Sequence record: SRR31156797_3294
Length of the DNA stretch: 32,175 nucleotides
Direction: 5' to 3' (one strand)
Shown here: positions 17,189 through 26,344 of the stretch, piece after piece
Layout of the letters: every line of letters begins with the position of its first letter
How positions within the stretch are numbered: position 1 is the stretch's first letter
Notes under the pieces: generated by a model
What the model saw: only the letters and a program-made list of their open reading frames with translations
What the model was told of the DNA's origin: nothing
Databases searched by the model: none
Made by a program: the position numbers and the translations under genes

Positions 17189-18262
17189 CTATGCTGCTTC
17201 AGCTTCTTCCATATCATCTTCAATTTTGCTGGGTCCGAATCCGAGAAGGATGGGGCTTGCAACAAAGATTGAAGAGTAAGTACCGACGCCGACACCAATG
17301 AGCAGTGCGAGGGCGAAATCATGGATAACGCCGCCACCCAGTGCAAACAGAGCCGCAACAACCAGCAAGGTTGTGCCGGAAGTGAGGATGGTTCTGCTAA
17401 GGGTCTGGTTGATACTGATGTTAATAGTCTCAGCGAGAGAATCGCTTATCTTACCAAGCAGGTTCTCACGAATACGGTCAAAAACGATAATGGTATCGTT
17501 CAGGGAGTAACCGATGATAGTCAGCAAAGCTGCGATGATGGTCAGATCAAACTCCTTGCCGAGCAGGGAGAAAATACCCACAGTGATCAGCACGTCATGG
17601 ATAAGTGCAACAATAGCACCTAAAGCGTAGTTCAACTTCAAGTACCAGCACAAACCAAGGGTGATGAACAGAGCACCGAAAATAAGTACGGTGGTGGACA
17701 TACCGATCATCTGCAGCAGGGTAATACCTGCGAAGAGACCACCGGCCATGATTGCGGCAGCAAACCAGCGCTTCTCAAAACGACCGGAGATGTAAATGGC
17801 GATCAGAAGCACCGCAAAATACAAAGCCTCGATAGCCTTGGTCCGCAAGTCAGCACCAACTTTGGGACCGACCATTTCCAGACGCTGGATTTCAAACCCA
17901 CTCCCCTGCAGCCCGGACTCAAGTCCGGAGGAGATTCTATCTCTTACTTCTGAAGAACTGATCTCGGAAGAAGATGTTCTGAGCAGGATTTCATTATCAT
18001 CAGCATGGCCGAAGCTCTGGACAACCAGTCCGGGAAGCTTGGCTTCCTTGAGAGCACCTTTAACGGCCTTTACTTCTACTTGTTTATCAAACTTAACCTG
18101 AACCACAATACCGCCGGCAAAGTCGATGCCGTACTTAGGGCCGCCGTTCATGATCAATGAGCCGAGTCCGAGAAGAATCAGCACAGCGGAAATGACGAAC
18201 GCTTTAGCCTTGAATCCGATAAAATCGATCTTGGTATCGGGTTTAATTATCTGCAATCCCAT
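17189..18262 (-). CDS. secF: Protein translocase subunit SecF
   Basis: [59 protein letters not shown]. Confidence 0.97.
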   Translation of the reverse strand: MGLQIIKPDTKIDFIGFKAKAFVISAVLILLGLGSLIMNGGPKYGIDFAGGIVVQVKFDKQVEVKAVKGALKEAKLPGLVVQSFGHADDNEILLRTSSSEISSSEVRDRISSGLESGLQGSGFEIQRLEMVGPKVGADLRTKAIEALYFAVLLIAIYISGRFEKRWFAAAIMAGGLFAGITLLQMIGMSTTVLIFGALFITLGLCWYLKLNYALGAIVALIHDVLITVGIFSLLGKEFDLTIIAALLTIIGYSLNDTIIVFDRIRENLLGKISDSLAETINISINQTLSRTILTSGTTLLVVAALFALGGGVIHDFALALLIGVGVGTYSSIFVASPILLGFGPSKIEDDMEEAEAA

Positions 18263-18275
18263 TTATTCACTCTCC

Positions 18276-19877
18276 TTAAATGTTCAGCGGCGCATCAGCA
18301 GCACGCTTGGAGGTGTAAAGATCAAACAAGATGCGGGTCACGAAAATAGCGGTAAACATGGAGGTAATAATACCCAGAGTAAGAGTTACCGCAAAACCGC
18401 GCACCGGACCGGTACCGAACTGGTAAAGAATAACCGCAGCAATCACTGTGGTGATGTTTGCGTCCAGAATGGTCAGGGTTGCTCTGCTGTAGCCTTCAAC
18501 AATAGCAGCCTTAGCAGTAAGTCCCCTTCTGAGTTCTTCACGTATGCGTTCGAAGATGATGACGTTCGCATCAACAGCCATACCGATGGTCAGGATAATA
18601 CCTGCGATACCGGGAAGGGTCAGGGTTGCGCCGAAAGCAGCAAGACCTGCAAGAATCAGAACAACGTTAAGCACCAGCACCACGTCAGCAACAAATCCGG
18701 CAAAGCCGTAGTAGACGAGCATGAATACCAGCACGAGAACACTACCTACAACAGCAGCGGAAACGCCTTTATCAATGGATTCCTGTCCCAAGGAAGGACC
18801 GACTGTTCTCTGCTCGAGGATTTTAACCGGAGCAGGCAGTGAACCGGCACGAAGGACAATAGCGAGGTCGTGTGCTTCTTCAGTAGTATAACTACCAGTA
18901 ATGGAAGCACGGCCACCTGCAATTTTATCCTGAATGGTCGGTGCGGAATATACTTTTCCGTCCAGAACGATAGCCATGCGTTTTTTGATGTTCTCACCGG
19001 TAACGCGTTCAAAAATCCTTGCGCCTCTGCTGTTAAAGTTCAGAGTTACGTAAGGCTGGTTGAACTGGTCAAAACGGGTCTGAGCATCAGTGATATACTC
19101 ACCGGTCAGCATAGCATCTTTCTTAAGAACAATAGGCTTTTCAACATAAGAACCGTCGGGGAGTCTGTGCATGATGACAGTAACTTCACGACCGGGGGCT
19201 ATAATACCCTTCTGCGCCTTTTCAAGGTCAGCGCCTTCATCCACAAGTTTAAACTCGAGGTGTGCGGTCTTACCGATGATTTTGATAGCTCTTTCGGGAT
19301 CCTGCATACCTGGCAGCTGCACCTGAATGCGATTGCCCTGCTGCTTACGGATATCCGGTTCAGCCACACCGAACTGGTCAATACGGTTGCGGATGGTCTT
19401 AATTGCCTGATCCATGGTCAGCTTGGTCAGGTACTTTTTGTATTCCGGAGTGGGAGCAAAAACGTAAGTGACTTTACCGTCAGACTTCACTGCAGTGCTG
19501 ATAATGGTGATATTACCGAAGGTATCCTTAACAAGCTTTTCCAGCTTGTCCTTCTGCGCTTCCTTAAGAAGCACCGCTTCGATTCTCTCACCATTGAGCA
19601 CTTTAGGCTTCAAAACAATTACGCCTTCCTCACGGGCAACGGCTTTAAGGTCGTCTCCCATACGAGCAAGGTTATTATCCATGGCTTTATCCATATCGAC
19701 ACCGAGTGTGAGGTGGATACCGCCCTTAAGGTCAAGTCCCAAACTGATTTTGTCATCAGGCAGGAAGCGAGCCATTCCCGAATTCTGAACCGCAGGCAGC
19801 GAAGGAAGGAGGTAAGCAACTCCAAGCACAACTACAAGCAGGATCAGGACTATTTTCCAACGAAGACTCCCGTTCAT
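18276..19877 (-). CDS. secD: Protein translocase subunit SecD
   Basis: LGLDLKGG, RNRIDQFGVAEP, LRAGSLPAP, VGPSLGQESI, GMAVDANVIIFERIREE, GTGPVRGFA. Confidence 0.97.
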   Translation of the reverse strand: MNGSLRWKIVLILLVVVLGVAYLLPSLPAVQNSGMARFLPDDKISLGLDLKGGIHLTLGVDMDKAMDNNLARMGDDLKAVAREEGVIVLKPKVLNGERIEAVLLKEAQKDKLEKLVKDTFGNITIISTAVKSDGKVTYVFAPTPEYKKYLTKLTMDQAIKTIRNRIDQFGVAEPDIRKQQGNRIQVQLPGMQDPERAIKIIGKTAHLEFKLVDEGADLEKAQKGIIAPGREVTVIMHRLPDGSYVEKPIVLKKDAMLTGEYITDAQTRFDQFNQPYVTLNFNSRGARIFERVTGENIKKRMAIVLDGKVYSAPTIQDKIAGGRASITGSYTTEEAHDLAIVLRAGSLPAPVKILEQRTVGPSLGQESIDKGVSAAVVGSVLVLVFMLVYYGFAGFVADVVLVLNVVLILAGLAAFGATLTLPGIAGIILTIGMAVDANVIIFERIREELRRGLTAKAAIVEGYSRATLTILDANITTVIAAVILYQFGTGPVRGFAVTLTLGIITSMFTAIFVTRILFDLYTSKRAADAPLNI

Positions 19878-19924
19878 CTCCTCTCCCTATTATAAATTCA
19901 ACTAGGATAGGTTACAAAAACACT

Positions 19925-19969
19925 AAAAAGGCAAGCACTTACGGATCGATCCGAAAAGTGACTTGCCTT
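19925..19969 (-). terminator. Hairpin / terminator-like element between yajC and secD
   Basis: Minus strand AAGGCAAGTCACTTTTCGGA-tcga-TCCGTAAGTGCTTGCCTTTTT. Confidence 0.55.
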
Positions 19970-19991
19970 ATAGGCTTCACTAAACAAAAGA

Positions 19992-20342
19992 TTATTTATC
20001 TTTCTTTTCTTCTTTTTTCATGGGGTTGGCGAGGTTGGAAACAAAAGATCTCTCAACCTTGACCTGAAAACCTTCTGCAAGCTCAACGGTCAACTCATCG
20101 CCGTCCACAGCAGTTACTCTGCCGTAGATACCGCCTGCGGTAAGAACACGGTCGCCCCTCTGGATTGCTTCCAGCATAGCTTTGTGCTCTTTAGCTTTTT
20201 TCTGCTGCGGTCTGATAAGCAGAAAATAGAAAATTGCAAACATGAGAATGAGGGGGAGAAAAGAACCGAGTGCGCCCATAGGCCCGCCCTGGGCCTGCTG
20301 TCCAGCTGCACCCATCGCGTGTGCGACATCTGCAAAAAACAT
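19992..20342 (-). CDS. yajC: Preprotein translocase subunit YajC
   Basis: FYFLLIRPQQKKAKEH, GDRVLTAGGIYG; upstream of secDF. Confidence 0.96.
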   Translation of the reverse strand: MFFADVAHAMGAAGQQAQGGPMGALGSFLPLILMFAIFYFLLIRPQQKKAKEHKAMLEAIQRGDRVLTAGGIYGRVTAVDGDELTVELAEGFQVKVERSFVSNLANPMKKEEKKDK

Positions 20343-20387
20343 TACGTCCTCCTGAAAAGACTGTGTACGAATAAAACAATCCGCCTA

Positions 20388-21140
20388 TTACACGGGAACA
20401 TACATATTCCCGTACGGACGGTGTGACCGAGGCAAAAGCTTCATAAAGTCTGAAGCCATTATGGTTACCGCATCCACACCGATTTCCTCTGAATAATCCC
20501 GGACAATCTCGGCAATTGCCTCTAGATCGCCCTTATCCGCGGGTTCAACCTTTATTTCATGGCCGACCAAATCTTCGGGAACCTCTCCGCGCACGTAGAT
20601 AACTCCACCGTGCATCCCGGTTCCCAAGGACATGCCCGCGACTGGAGCATCTGGTTTACCAGAAAACATGCCAAGAAGTAAAATCACTCCTCCGGCCATA
20701 TATTCGCCAAGAAAATCACCGGCCTTACCGCCGATAACAATCACTGGCTGCTGATCCATATAAGACTTCATATGGATTCCTACCCGATACCCGACATCGC
20801 CCTGAACGTAAATAGTCCCGCCGCGCATTGCGTATCCCAGAACATCACCGGCAATCCCCTTGATCACGATCTGGCCGTCATCCATGGTATTTCCTGTGCC
20901 GTCCTGCACATTACCGTTCACTACTATTTTCGGCCCCTTCATAAAAGAAGCCAAGTCTTGACCGGGCGTGCCGTTGACTGTGAAAGTCAAATTCCCTTTA
21001 AGGGCTGTAGCTATGTACCTTTGTCCAACAACATTGTCGAGAACGAATTCATCAATTCCGTTGCGAACATTTTCCCGCACTATCTCATTGAGCCTGCGGT
21101 AGTCCATATCTGTGGCATCTATATTAAATGATCCTGACAT
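20388..21140 (-). CDS. Glutamate synthase GXGXG beta-helix subunit (GltB domain 3)
   Basis: Repeated G-rich motifs GQRYI, GNTMDDG, GYAMRGG, GYRVGIHMK, GDFLGEYMAGG, GTGMHGG. Confidence 0.9.
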   Translation of the reverse strand: MSGSFNIDATDMDYRRLNEIVRENVRNGIDEFVLDNVVGQRYIATALKGNLTFTVNGTPGQDLASFMKGPKIVVNGNVQDGTGNTMDDGQIVIKGIAGDVLGYAMRGGTIYVQGDVGYRVGIHMKSYMDQQPVIVIGGKAGDFLGEYMAGGVILLLGMFSGKPDAPVAGMSLGTGMHGGVIYVRGEVPEDLVGHEIKVEPADKGDLEAIAEIVRDYSEEIGVDAVTIMASDFMKLLPRSHRPYGNMYVPV

Positions 21141-21141
21141 A

Positions 21142-22245
21142 TCAGCACCCGTCCGCCTGAACTATTACCGGTTCTCCGGCCTTGGGCATCCAGACCGCAT
21201 CAAGATCGGGACAGACCAACCGGATAGCGCACTCCTCACTGGACATGAACACCCGGTCATCCTTCTGGGCGACTACAAGGGGTCTCAGCTTAATGCGATC
21301 ATTTAGCCCCCACAAACTGTCTGAATCCGCCACCAGAATGGCAAACGGACCATTCAACATTGCACTTGCGTATGTGGTTCTCAGTGCGCTGTAAAGCTTT
21401 TTCTCTGGCTCCTCCATCTTTTCAATTTCCTCCCAAAAAGGAGGCGCAAAAACAGACGAAGCCAGTTTTCGGCTCAAACCGTGTTTACGTACCAACAAAT
21501 CAATTAAATATGCAACAACTTCCGTATCAGTGTTCATAGTGCATTCATAGCCATGAGTGCATAGATAGCGTCGGTTAATTCCATAAGAAGAAATTTCCCC
21601 GTTATGCACAATAGACCAGTCCAGAATGGTAAACGGGTGCGCCCCGCCCCACCAGCCCGGAGTATTGGTCGGAAACCTGTTATGTCCGGTCCAGATATAC
21701 GCCGCATATTCATCTAGACGGTAAAATTCAGCAATATCTTCAGGATAGCCGACGCCTTTAAAAACGCCCATATTTTTACCGCTGGAAAGAACAAACGCAC
21801 CAGTAACCTCTTTATTGATTTTCATGACCACGCCGACAATATAATCGGATTCGCTCCCCCCGCTGAAATGAGACTGGGTCCGCAACTCTTTGGGATAAAC
21901 AAAATAACGCCAGACAACAGGCGGGTCAGGAATGGTCAGCACCTTTCGGGTTCTGATGGGTTCGGCTTCATAAATGTCAAAAAATCTCTTGATAATCACT
22001 TCGGCCTTATCAAGTGCCTGCTGATCATCACATAATAATTGCAGGCAATATTTATCAGCCAGATCGGGATAGATACCATAGGCTGCAAAGCCGCCGCCCA
22101 ACCCATTGCCCCGGTCATGCATACAAGCCATGGCACGGATAGGGATGTCTCCGGGAATGCATTCACGGCTTTTGCTGATTACACCGAACACACCGCAACC
22201 GGATATGTCTTTCTCAAAATCATGATAATTCTCTGGTGCTTTCAT
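21142..22245 (-). CDS. Class II (Ntn) glutamine amidotransferase subunit of split glutamate synthase (GltB domain 1)
   Basis: CGVFG nucleophile at residue 17, RGNGLGGGFA, HNRFPTNT, AHPF, VHNGEI, TDTEV, LNGPF, DRIKLRP. Start ATG 22245 behind GGAGG. Confidence 0.9.
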   Translation of the reverse strand: MKAPENYHDFEKDISGCGVFGVISKSRECIPGDIPIRAMACMHDRGNGLGGGFAAYGIYPDLADKYCLQLLCDDQQALDKAEVIIKRFFDIYEAEPIRTRKVLTIPDPPVVWRYFVYPKELRTQSHFSGGSESDYIVGVVMKINKEVTGAFVLSSGKNMGVFKGVGYPEDIAEFYRLDEYAAYIWTGHNRFPTNTPGWWGGAHPFTILDWSIVHNGEISSYGINRRYLCTHGYECTMNTDTEVVAYLIDLLVRKHGLSRKLASSVFAPPFWEEIEKMEEPEKKLYSALRTTYASAMLNGPFAILVADSDSLWGLNDRIKLRPLVVAQKDDRVFMSSEECAIRLVCPDLDAVWMPKAGEPVIVQADGC

Positions 22246-22264
22246 ATCTGATGCCTCCGGCGAT

Positions 22265-23542
22265 CTACTCACTTTCTGGATTCCATGCTTTGTTGAAAAA
22301 TTCATCCGGCCACATGAGTACATCCGGTTCCCCTTCACTAAGCCTCTTGCGGGTAAGTGCGTCCACCTTGAATTTGAATTTAATAAAAGATGTATACATA
22401 CCCGCAAAATCAATATCCCCTACCAGCACATAGCCTATAAGCTGATCCTTTTTGAAAACCAGCTTACGGTAGCTCTGTTTACGTTCATCAAAAAAAGTAT
22501 AAATTTCGTAGTCCGGGTTGTCGGCAGCAGGATTAACCTCCCCAACGGAAATAGTCGGCAATCCGAAAAAGCTGATTGAACTCATAGACATAGTTCCGGG
22601 ATAGGCGGATTTATTCCCAGCCATATTTCGTCCGGCGTAATAACCCTGAGTATAGGCATTGGACCAGATCGGGACGACTTTATCTTTATCAAAAATCACA
22701 TCCCGAGCCTGCGCAACATCCCCGGCAGCGTATATACCCTCTTTCCCGGTAAACATATTGTCATCCACCACAACGCCCTTATCAACTTCAATTCCTGCCT
22801 GCTCTGCAAGCAATGTATTGGAAACCACCCCGATGGCGATGACAATGGCATCAGCTTCAAGAAAACTTTTATCATCCAGCAGGATTCCGCGAAGCCTACC
22901 CTGCTTATCGCGAACTATTTCCTTACCGCTCACCCCGCAACGAACAAGCATTCCGGCCTCTTCAACCCGTTTACCGATCAATCTGGCAGCCTCTTCATCA
23001 TAGGCCAGCGGCAGGATACGTTTGCGCTCCTCAACAACAGCAACCTCCACTCCCCTATTATACAAGGACTCCGCAGCCTTAATCCCAATCAACCCGCCCC
23101 CGATCACCACCGCCCGTTTTAAATCTTTAACCGATTCAATCAAGCGATAAGCATCCTTTGCAGCGGTAAAATTATAAACACCGTCCCCCTCAAGACCGTT
23201 AACCTGCGGAACATATGGCTTCCCGCCTGTGGCAAGCAGAAGCTTTTCAAACGGAATCAACTCGCCTTCGGAGGTTTGCAACTCCTGTGACGCTTGATCA
23301 ATCTTTTCAATATATGTAGCCAGTTTAAGGATAACATTTTTGCCCTTGTAATAATCATCAGGACGCATGGACAGCCGTTCCGGGCTGATCCTCCCGGCCA
23401 GCAGATAGGAAGTCAGGGGTTTGCCGTAGGCAGCAGTATTCTCGGCCCCGATTACTGTAATCGGGGTTTTGCGATCATATTTCCTGATGCCGTCAATGGC
23501 TCCAAGCGAAGCAATGCCGTTTCCAATGATCACATATGCCAT
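22265..23542 (-). CDS. NAD(P)/FAD-dependent pyridine nucleotide oxidoreductase (NirB-N / rubredoxin reductase-like)
   Basis: IIGNGIAS, LLLATGG, VIGGGLIG, IYAAGDVA, YRKLV..LVGD. Confidence 0.9.
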   Translation of the reverse strand: MAYVIIGNGIASLGAIDGIRKYDRKTPITVIGAENTAAYGKPLTSYLLAGRISPERLSMRPDDYYKGKNVILKLATYIEKIDQASQELQTSEGELIPFEKLLLATGGKPYVPQVNGLEGDGVYNFTAAKDAYRLIESVKDLKRAVVIGGGLIGIKAAESLYNRGVEVAVVEERKRILPLAYDEEAARLIGKRVEEAGMLVRCGVSGKEIVRDKQGRLRGILLDDKSFLEADAIVIAIGVVSNTLLAEQAGIEVDKGVVVDDNMFTGKEGIYAAGDVAQARDVIFDKDKVVPIWSNAYTQGYYAGRNMAGNKSAYPGTMSMSSISFFGLPTISVGEVNPAADNPDYEIYTFFDERKQSYRKLVFKKDQLIGYVLVGDIDFAGMYTSFIKFKFKVDALTRKRLSEGEPDVLMWPDEFFNKAWNPESE

Positions 23543-23544
23543 GG

Positions 23545-23988
23545 CTACCTCTCCTCATATTTTAAAGCCCGGTTGGGGCACGCTTCTACACAGGCCGGAC
23601 CGTTATTCCTGCCCGCGCAAAGATCGCATTTAATAATCATATTGTTATACTTATCACGCTGAATAGCCCCATAGGGACAAGCCATAATGCAGGACCAGCA
23701 CCCTACACACTTATCAGCATCATAAAGAGTGATTCCAGTTTCCTCATCCTTACTCAAGGCCCCGGAAATACAAACAGGTACACATTCCGGCTCTTCACAA
23801 TGCCTGCAACTGATGGCGACACAGACTTCGTCATCTTCAATCAACCGCTTGCGGGCAACGAGTCCCTTGGCCCGTTCTTCTTTGTACGCAAGGATCAGGT
23901 CGTGAGATTTGGAATGGGCAGCAAGGCAGCCCAACACGCAAAGGCCGCACCCGATGCATAATTCCCGATCTGGATAAATACGTTTCAT
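23545..23988 (-). CDS. 4Fe-4S dicluster electron-transfer protein (CooF/DmsB-like)
   Basis: CIGCGLCVLGC, CRHCEEPECVPVC, CVGCWSCIMACPYG, KCDLC...PACVEACP. Confidence 0.92.
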   Translation of the reverse strand: MKRIYPDRELCIGCGLCVLGCLAAHSKSHDLILAYKEERAKGLVARKRLIEDDEVCVAISCRHCEEPECVPVCISGALSKDEETGITLYDADKCVGCWSCIMACPYGAIQRDKYNNMIIKCDLCAGRNNGPACVEACPNRALKYEER

Positions 23989-24012
23989 ATACTTACCATA
24001 CCAATTTAATAT

Positions 24013-24104
24013 ACGAAGCGGCGAAGCCCCGCTAAAAAGTTTTGAAAGGAGAGTCCAGAGAAGAAAACTTTTCCCAAGAGTTTTTCTTTCTGGCCGCCGG
24101 AGGC
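24013..24104 (-). repeat. GCCTCCGG-capped palindromic intergenic repeat, copy B
   Basis: On the minus strand it begins right after the gltB2 stop: GCCTCCGGCGGCC, then hairpin CCAGAAAGAAAAACTCTT-ggga-AAAGTTTTCTTCTCTGG, then AAAACTTTTTAGCGGGGCTTCGCCGCTTCGT. Confidence 0.75.
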
Positions 24105-25631
24105 CTATCGACCAGCGTGCTTAACACCTAAAATCTGCATTTCAGCATCGGTCAGGCCAACAGCCCTCAGCTTATCCCTGTTACCGCGCAAGCTTTCAAT
24201 TGAATTCAAGCCCATGCCGCCGAGCATTTCTTCGATTTCATGAGACCAGCCACGCACGAGATTAACCAGTCTTTCCGCAGCAACTTCCGGATTCTGACGC
24301 TTGGCAAGTCTCTTATCATTTGTAGCTATTCCCCACGGACATTTCCCTGTATAGCAACGTCCGCAAAGGGTGCAGCCCACAGAAATAAGTGCAGCAGTTC
24401 CGATATTAACCGCATCAGCCCCAAGGGCAATGGCCTTGATAACATCACCACTACACCGAAATCCGCCCCCGGCAATAATGGAAGCCTTGGAACGGATACC
24501 TTCGTCCCGCAAACGCTGGTCAACACTGGCAAGGGCCAGTTCAATGGGAATACCCACGTTATCGCGGGTCATAGCCGGAGCCGCCCCAGTTCCACCCTTC
24601 ATACCGTCAAGGGTCAGTATATCCGCCCCGGCACGGACAACTCCAGACGCAATTGCCGCGACATTATGCACCGCCGCAATCTTAACCGCCACCGGAACGC
24701 GGTACTCTGTGGCTTCCTTAAGCGCAAAGATAAGTTGCAACAGATCTTCGATGGAATAAATATCATGATGAGGCGCAGGCGAAATTGCATCTGACCCCGG
24801 CGGGATCATGCGGGTTTCGGAAATCATACCGTTGATTTTTTCACCCGGAAGATGTCCGCCTATTCCAGGCTTAGCACCCTGCCCGACCTTAATCTCAATA
24901 CCTGCTCCGGCGTTCAGATAGTCACTATGAACTCCAAAACGTCCCGAAGCTACCTGCACGATGGTCCATTGTCCGTATTCGTAGAGCGACTTATGCAATC
25001 CCCCTTCTCCGGTATTATATACCGTGCCCAGCTCTTTAGCTGCCATAGCCATTGCCGCATGCAGATTATAGTTAATCGCTCCGAAGGACATGCCAGCAAA
25101 AGTAATCGGAGTAGCAAGTTCTATCTGCGGAATCTGTTCAGTTTTGAGTTCCGGATTGCCATCCGTATCAAACTTAACTTCAACCTTATCCGGTTTGGCG
25201 CCGAGGAAAGTTTTCAGCTCCATCGGCTCACGAAGCGGATCGATGGATGGATTGGTCACCTGACTGGCATCCAGCAATAAACGATCCCAATAGACCGGGA
25301 TATCAACAGGACTACCCATGCCAGCCAGCAGCACACCGCCGCTTTCGGCCTGATTATAGATGTTGCGCGCAAACTCAGGACGCCAAGTAGCATTGGGCCG
25401 GAAATCCGACTCATTCAGCTTGATGGTCAATGCAGCAGTGGGACACAAAGCAGCACAACGGTGGCAGCCCACACATTTACGGCTGTCGTGGGAGACTTTA
25501 TCACGTGCGTCATCCCAGAAGTGCGCTTCATATGAACACTGATTAATACATACCTTACAATCTATGCAAAGTTCCGGATCGCGCACTATACGAAATTCAT
25601 GGAATGTGCTGGCAAACTTTCTAAATAGCAC
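24105..25631 (-). CDS. FMN-binding glutamate synthase subunit (GltB domain 2) with N-terminal 2x[4Fe-4S]
   Basis: MSFGA, NTGEGG, QVASGRFGV, EIKVGQGAKPGIGGHLPGEK, ISPAPHHDIYSIEDL, GGTGAAP, CxxCxxCxxxxCPWG; N-terminal ferredoxin motifs; GTG start. Confidence 0.95.
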   Translation of the reverse strand: MLFRKFASTFHEFRIVRDPELCIDCKVCINQCSYEAHFWDDARDKVSHDSRKCVGCHRCAALCPTAALTIKLNESDFRPNATWRPEFARNIYNQAESGGVLLAGMGSPVDIPVYWDRLLLDASQVTNPSIDPLREPMELKTFLGAKPDKVEVKFDTDGNPELKTEQIPQIELATPITFAGMSFGAINYNLHAAMAMAAKELGTVYNTGEGGLHKSLYEYGQWTIVQVASGRFGVHSDYLNAGAGIEIKVGQGAKPGIGGHLPGEKINGMISETRMIPPGSDAISPAPHHDIYSIEDLLQLIFALKEATEYRVPVAVKIAAVHNVAAIASGVVRAGADILTLDGMKGGTGAAPAMTRDNVGIPIELALASVDQRLRDEGIRSKASIIAGGGFRCSGDVIKAIALGADAVNIGTAALISVGCTLCGRCYTGKCPWGIATNDKRLAKRQNPEVAAERLVNLVRGWSHEIEEMLGGMGLNSIESLRGNRDKLRAVGLTDAEMQILGVKHAGR

Positions 25632-25647
25632 TTTTATTGCCTCGCTT

Positions 25648-26334
25648 TTACTTAACCACAGGCCAAAATTTTAAATGTCTTGCGGGTGAATAACCATCAT
25701 AAAAGGCTTCACCTAAATTGGAAAAATTTACCTTATTTTTCCAGCTGATCTTTTTGGCGTATTTATCGCCGGGAACAAAGCACCGCTGGCTGTTTTTATT
25801 ACCTACCCACGGTTTGTTGAAATCTCTTAGCTTGCTGATAACAGGCCAGAAACCTTTCTTTTCATCATAGGCTTTTCTCTGGGCTTGGAGAAGTAATTTC
25901 TGTTTGCCCCTGTCATTTCCTTTATGAAAATAAAAAAATGCCGCACCGTTACGGATCATCTGCTTGTTCACAAAAACATCATCCGCATAGACCCAACCGA
26001 TTATACGCTTATAACGGTCTGTTCCTTTTCCAGCATATTCAATACGTACCCGCTTATCGAGGATCAACTTGTTCAACATGGATTTCGCTTGCTGAGCATA
26101 GTATTGATCCGATTTACCGTTCCGCCCTATTTCCGGAGTATCAATCCCGGCAATACGAACGTGCTTGTTGTTAGCAAGAATAAAGGTGTCTCCATCTATT
26201 ACATAGCGAACTCGAGCCTCAAAAGCAGAAGCTGTTGCTGCGCTAAAAAACAGACAACATAATAACAAAAAGAAAACGGGGCCCTTAAGGACCCCGCTTC
26301 GTGAATTAATTATTTTAATATTTCTTTTCGGCAT
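25648..26334 (-). CDS. Thermonuclease (SNase-like) family protein, exported
   Basis: Signal-peptide-like N-terminus (ATASA/F), VIDGDT, VRIAGIDTPE, DRYKR, AQRKA...KGFW. Confidence 0.9.
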   Translation of the reverse strand: MPKRNIKIINSRSGVLKGPVFFLLLCCLFFSAATASAFEARVRYVIDGDTFILANNKHVRIAGIDTPEIGRNGKSDQYYAQQAKSMLNKLILDKRVRIEYAGKGTDRYKRIIGWVYADDVFVNKQMIRNGAAFFYFHKGNDRGKQKLLLQAQRKAYDEKKGFWPVISKLRDFNKPWVGNKNSQRCFVPGDKYAKKISWKNKVNFSNLGEAFYDGYSPARHLKFWPVVK

Positions 26335-26344
26335 TCAATTCCTT

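Noticed and set aside
18126..19895. Long plus-strand ORFs (238 and 341 aa) antisense to secD/secF
   Set aside because: Antisense shadows of codon-biased genes; non-protein-like composition.
22246..22413. N-terminal extension of the amidotransferase in the ORF track (start 22413)
   Set aside because: Would overlap the FAD oxidoreductase by about 150 nt; ATG 22245 has a GGAGG SD and lies just before the Ntn Cys.
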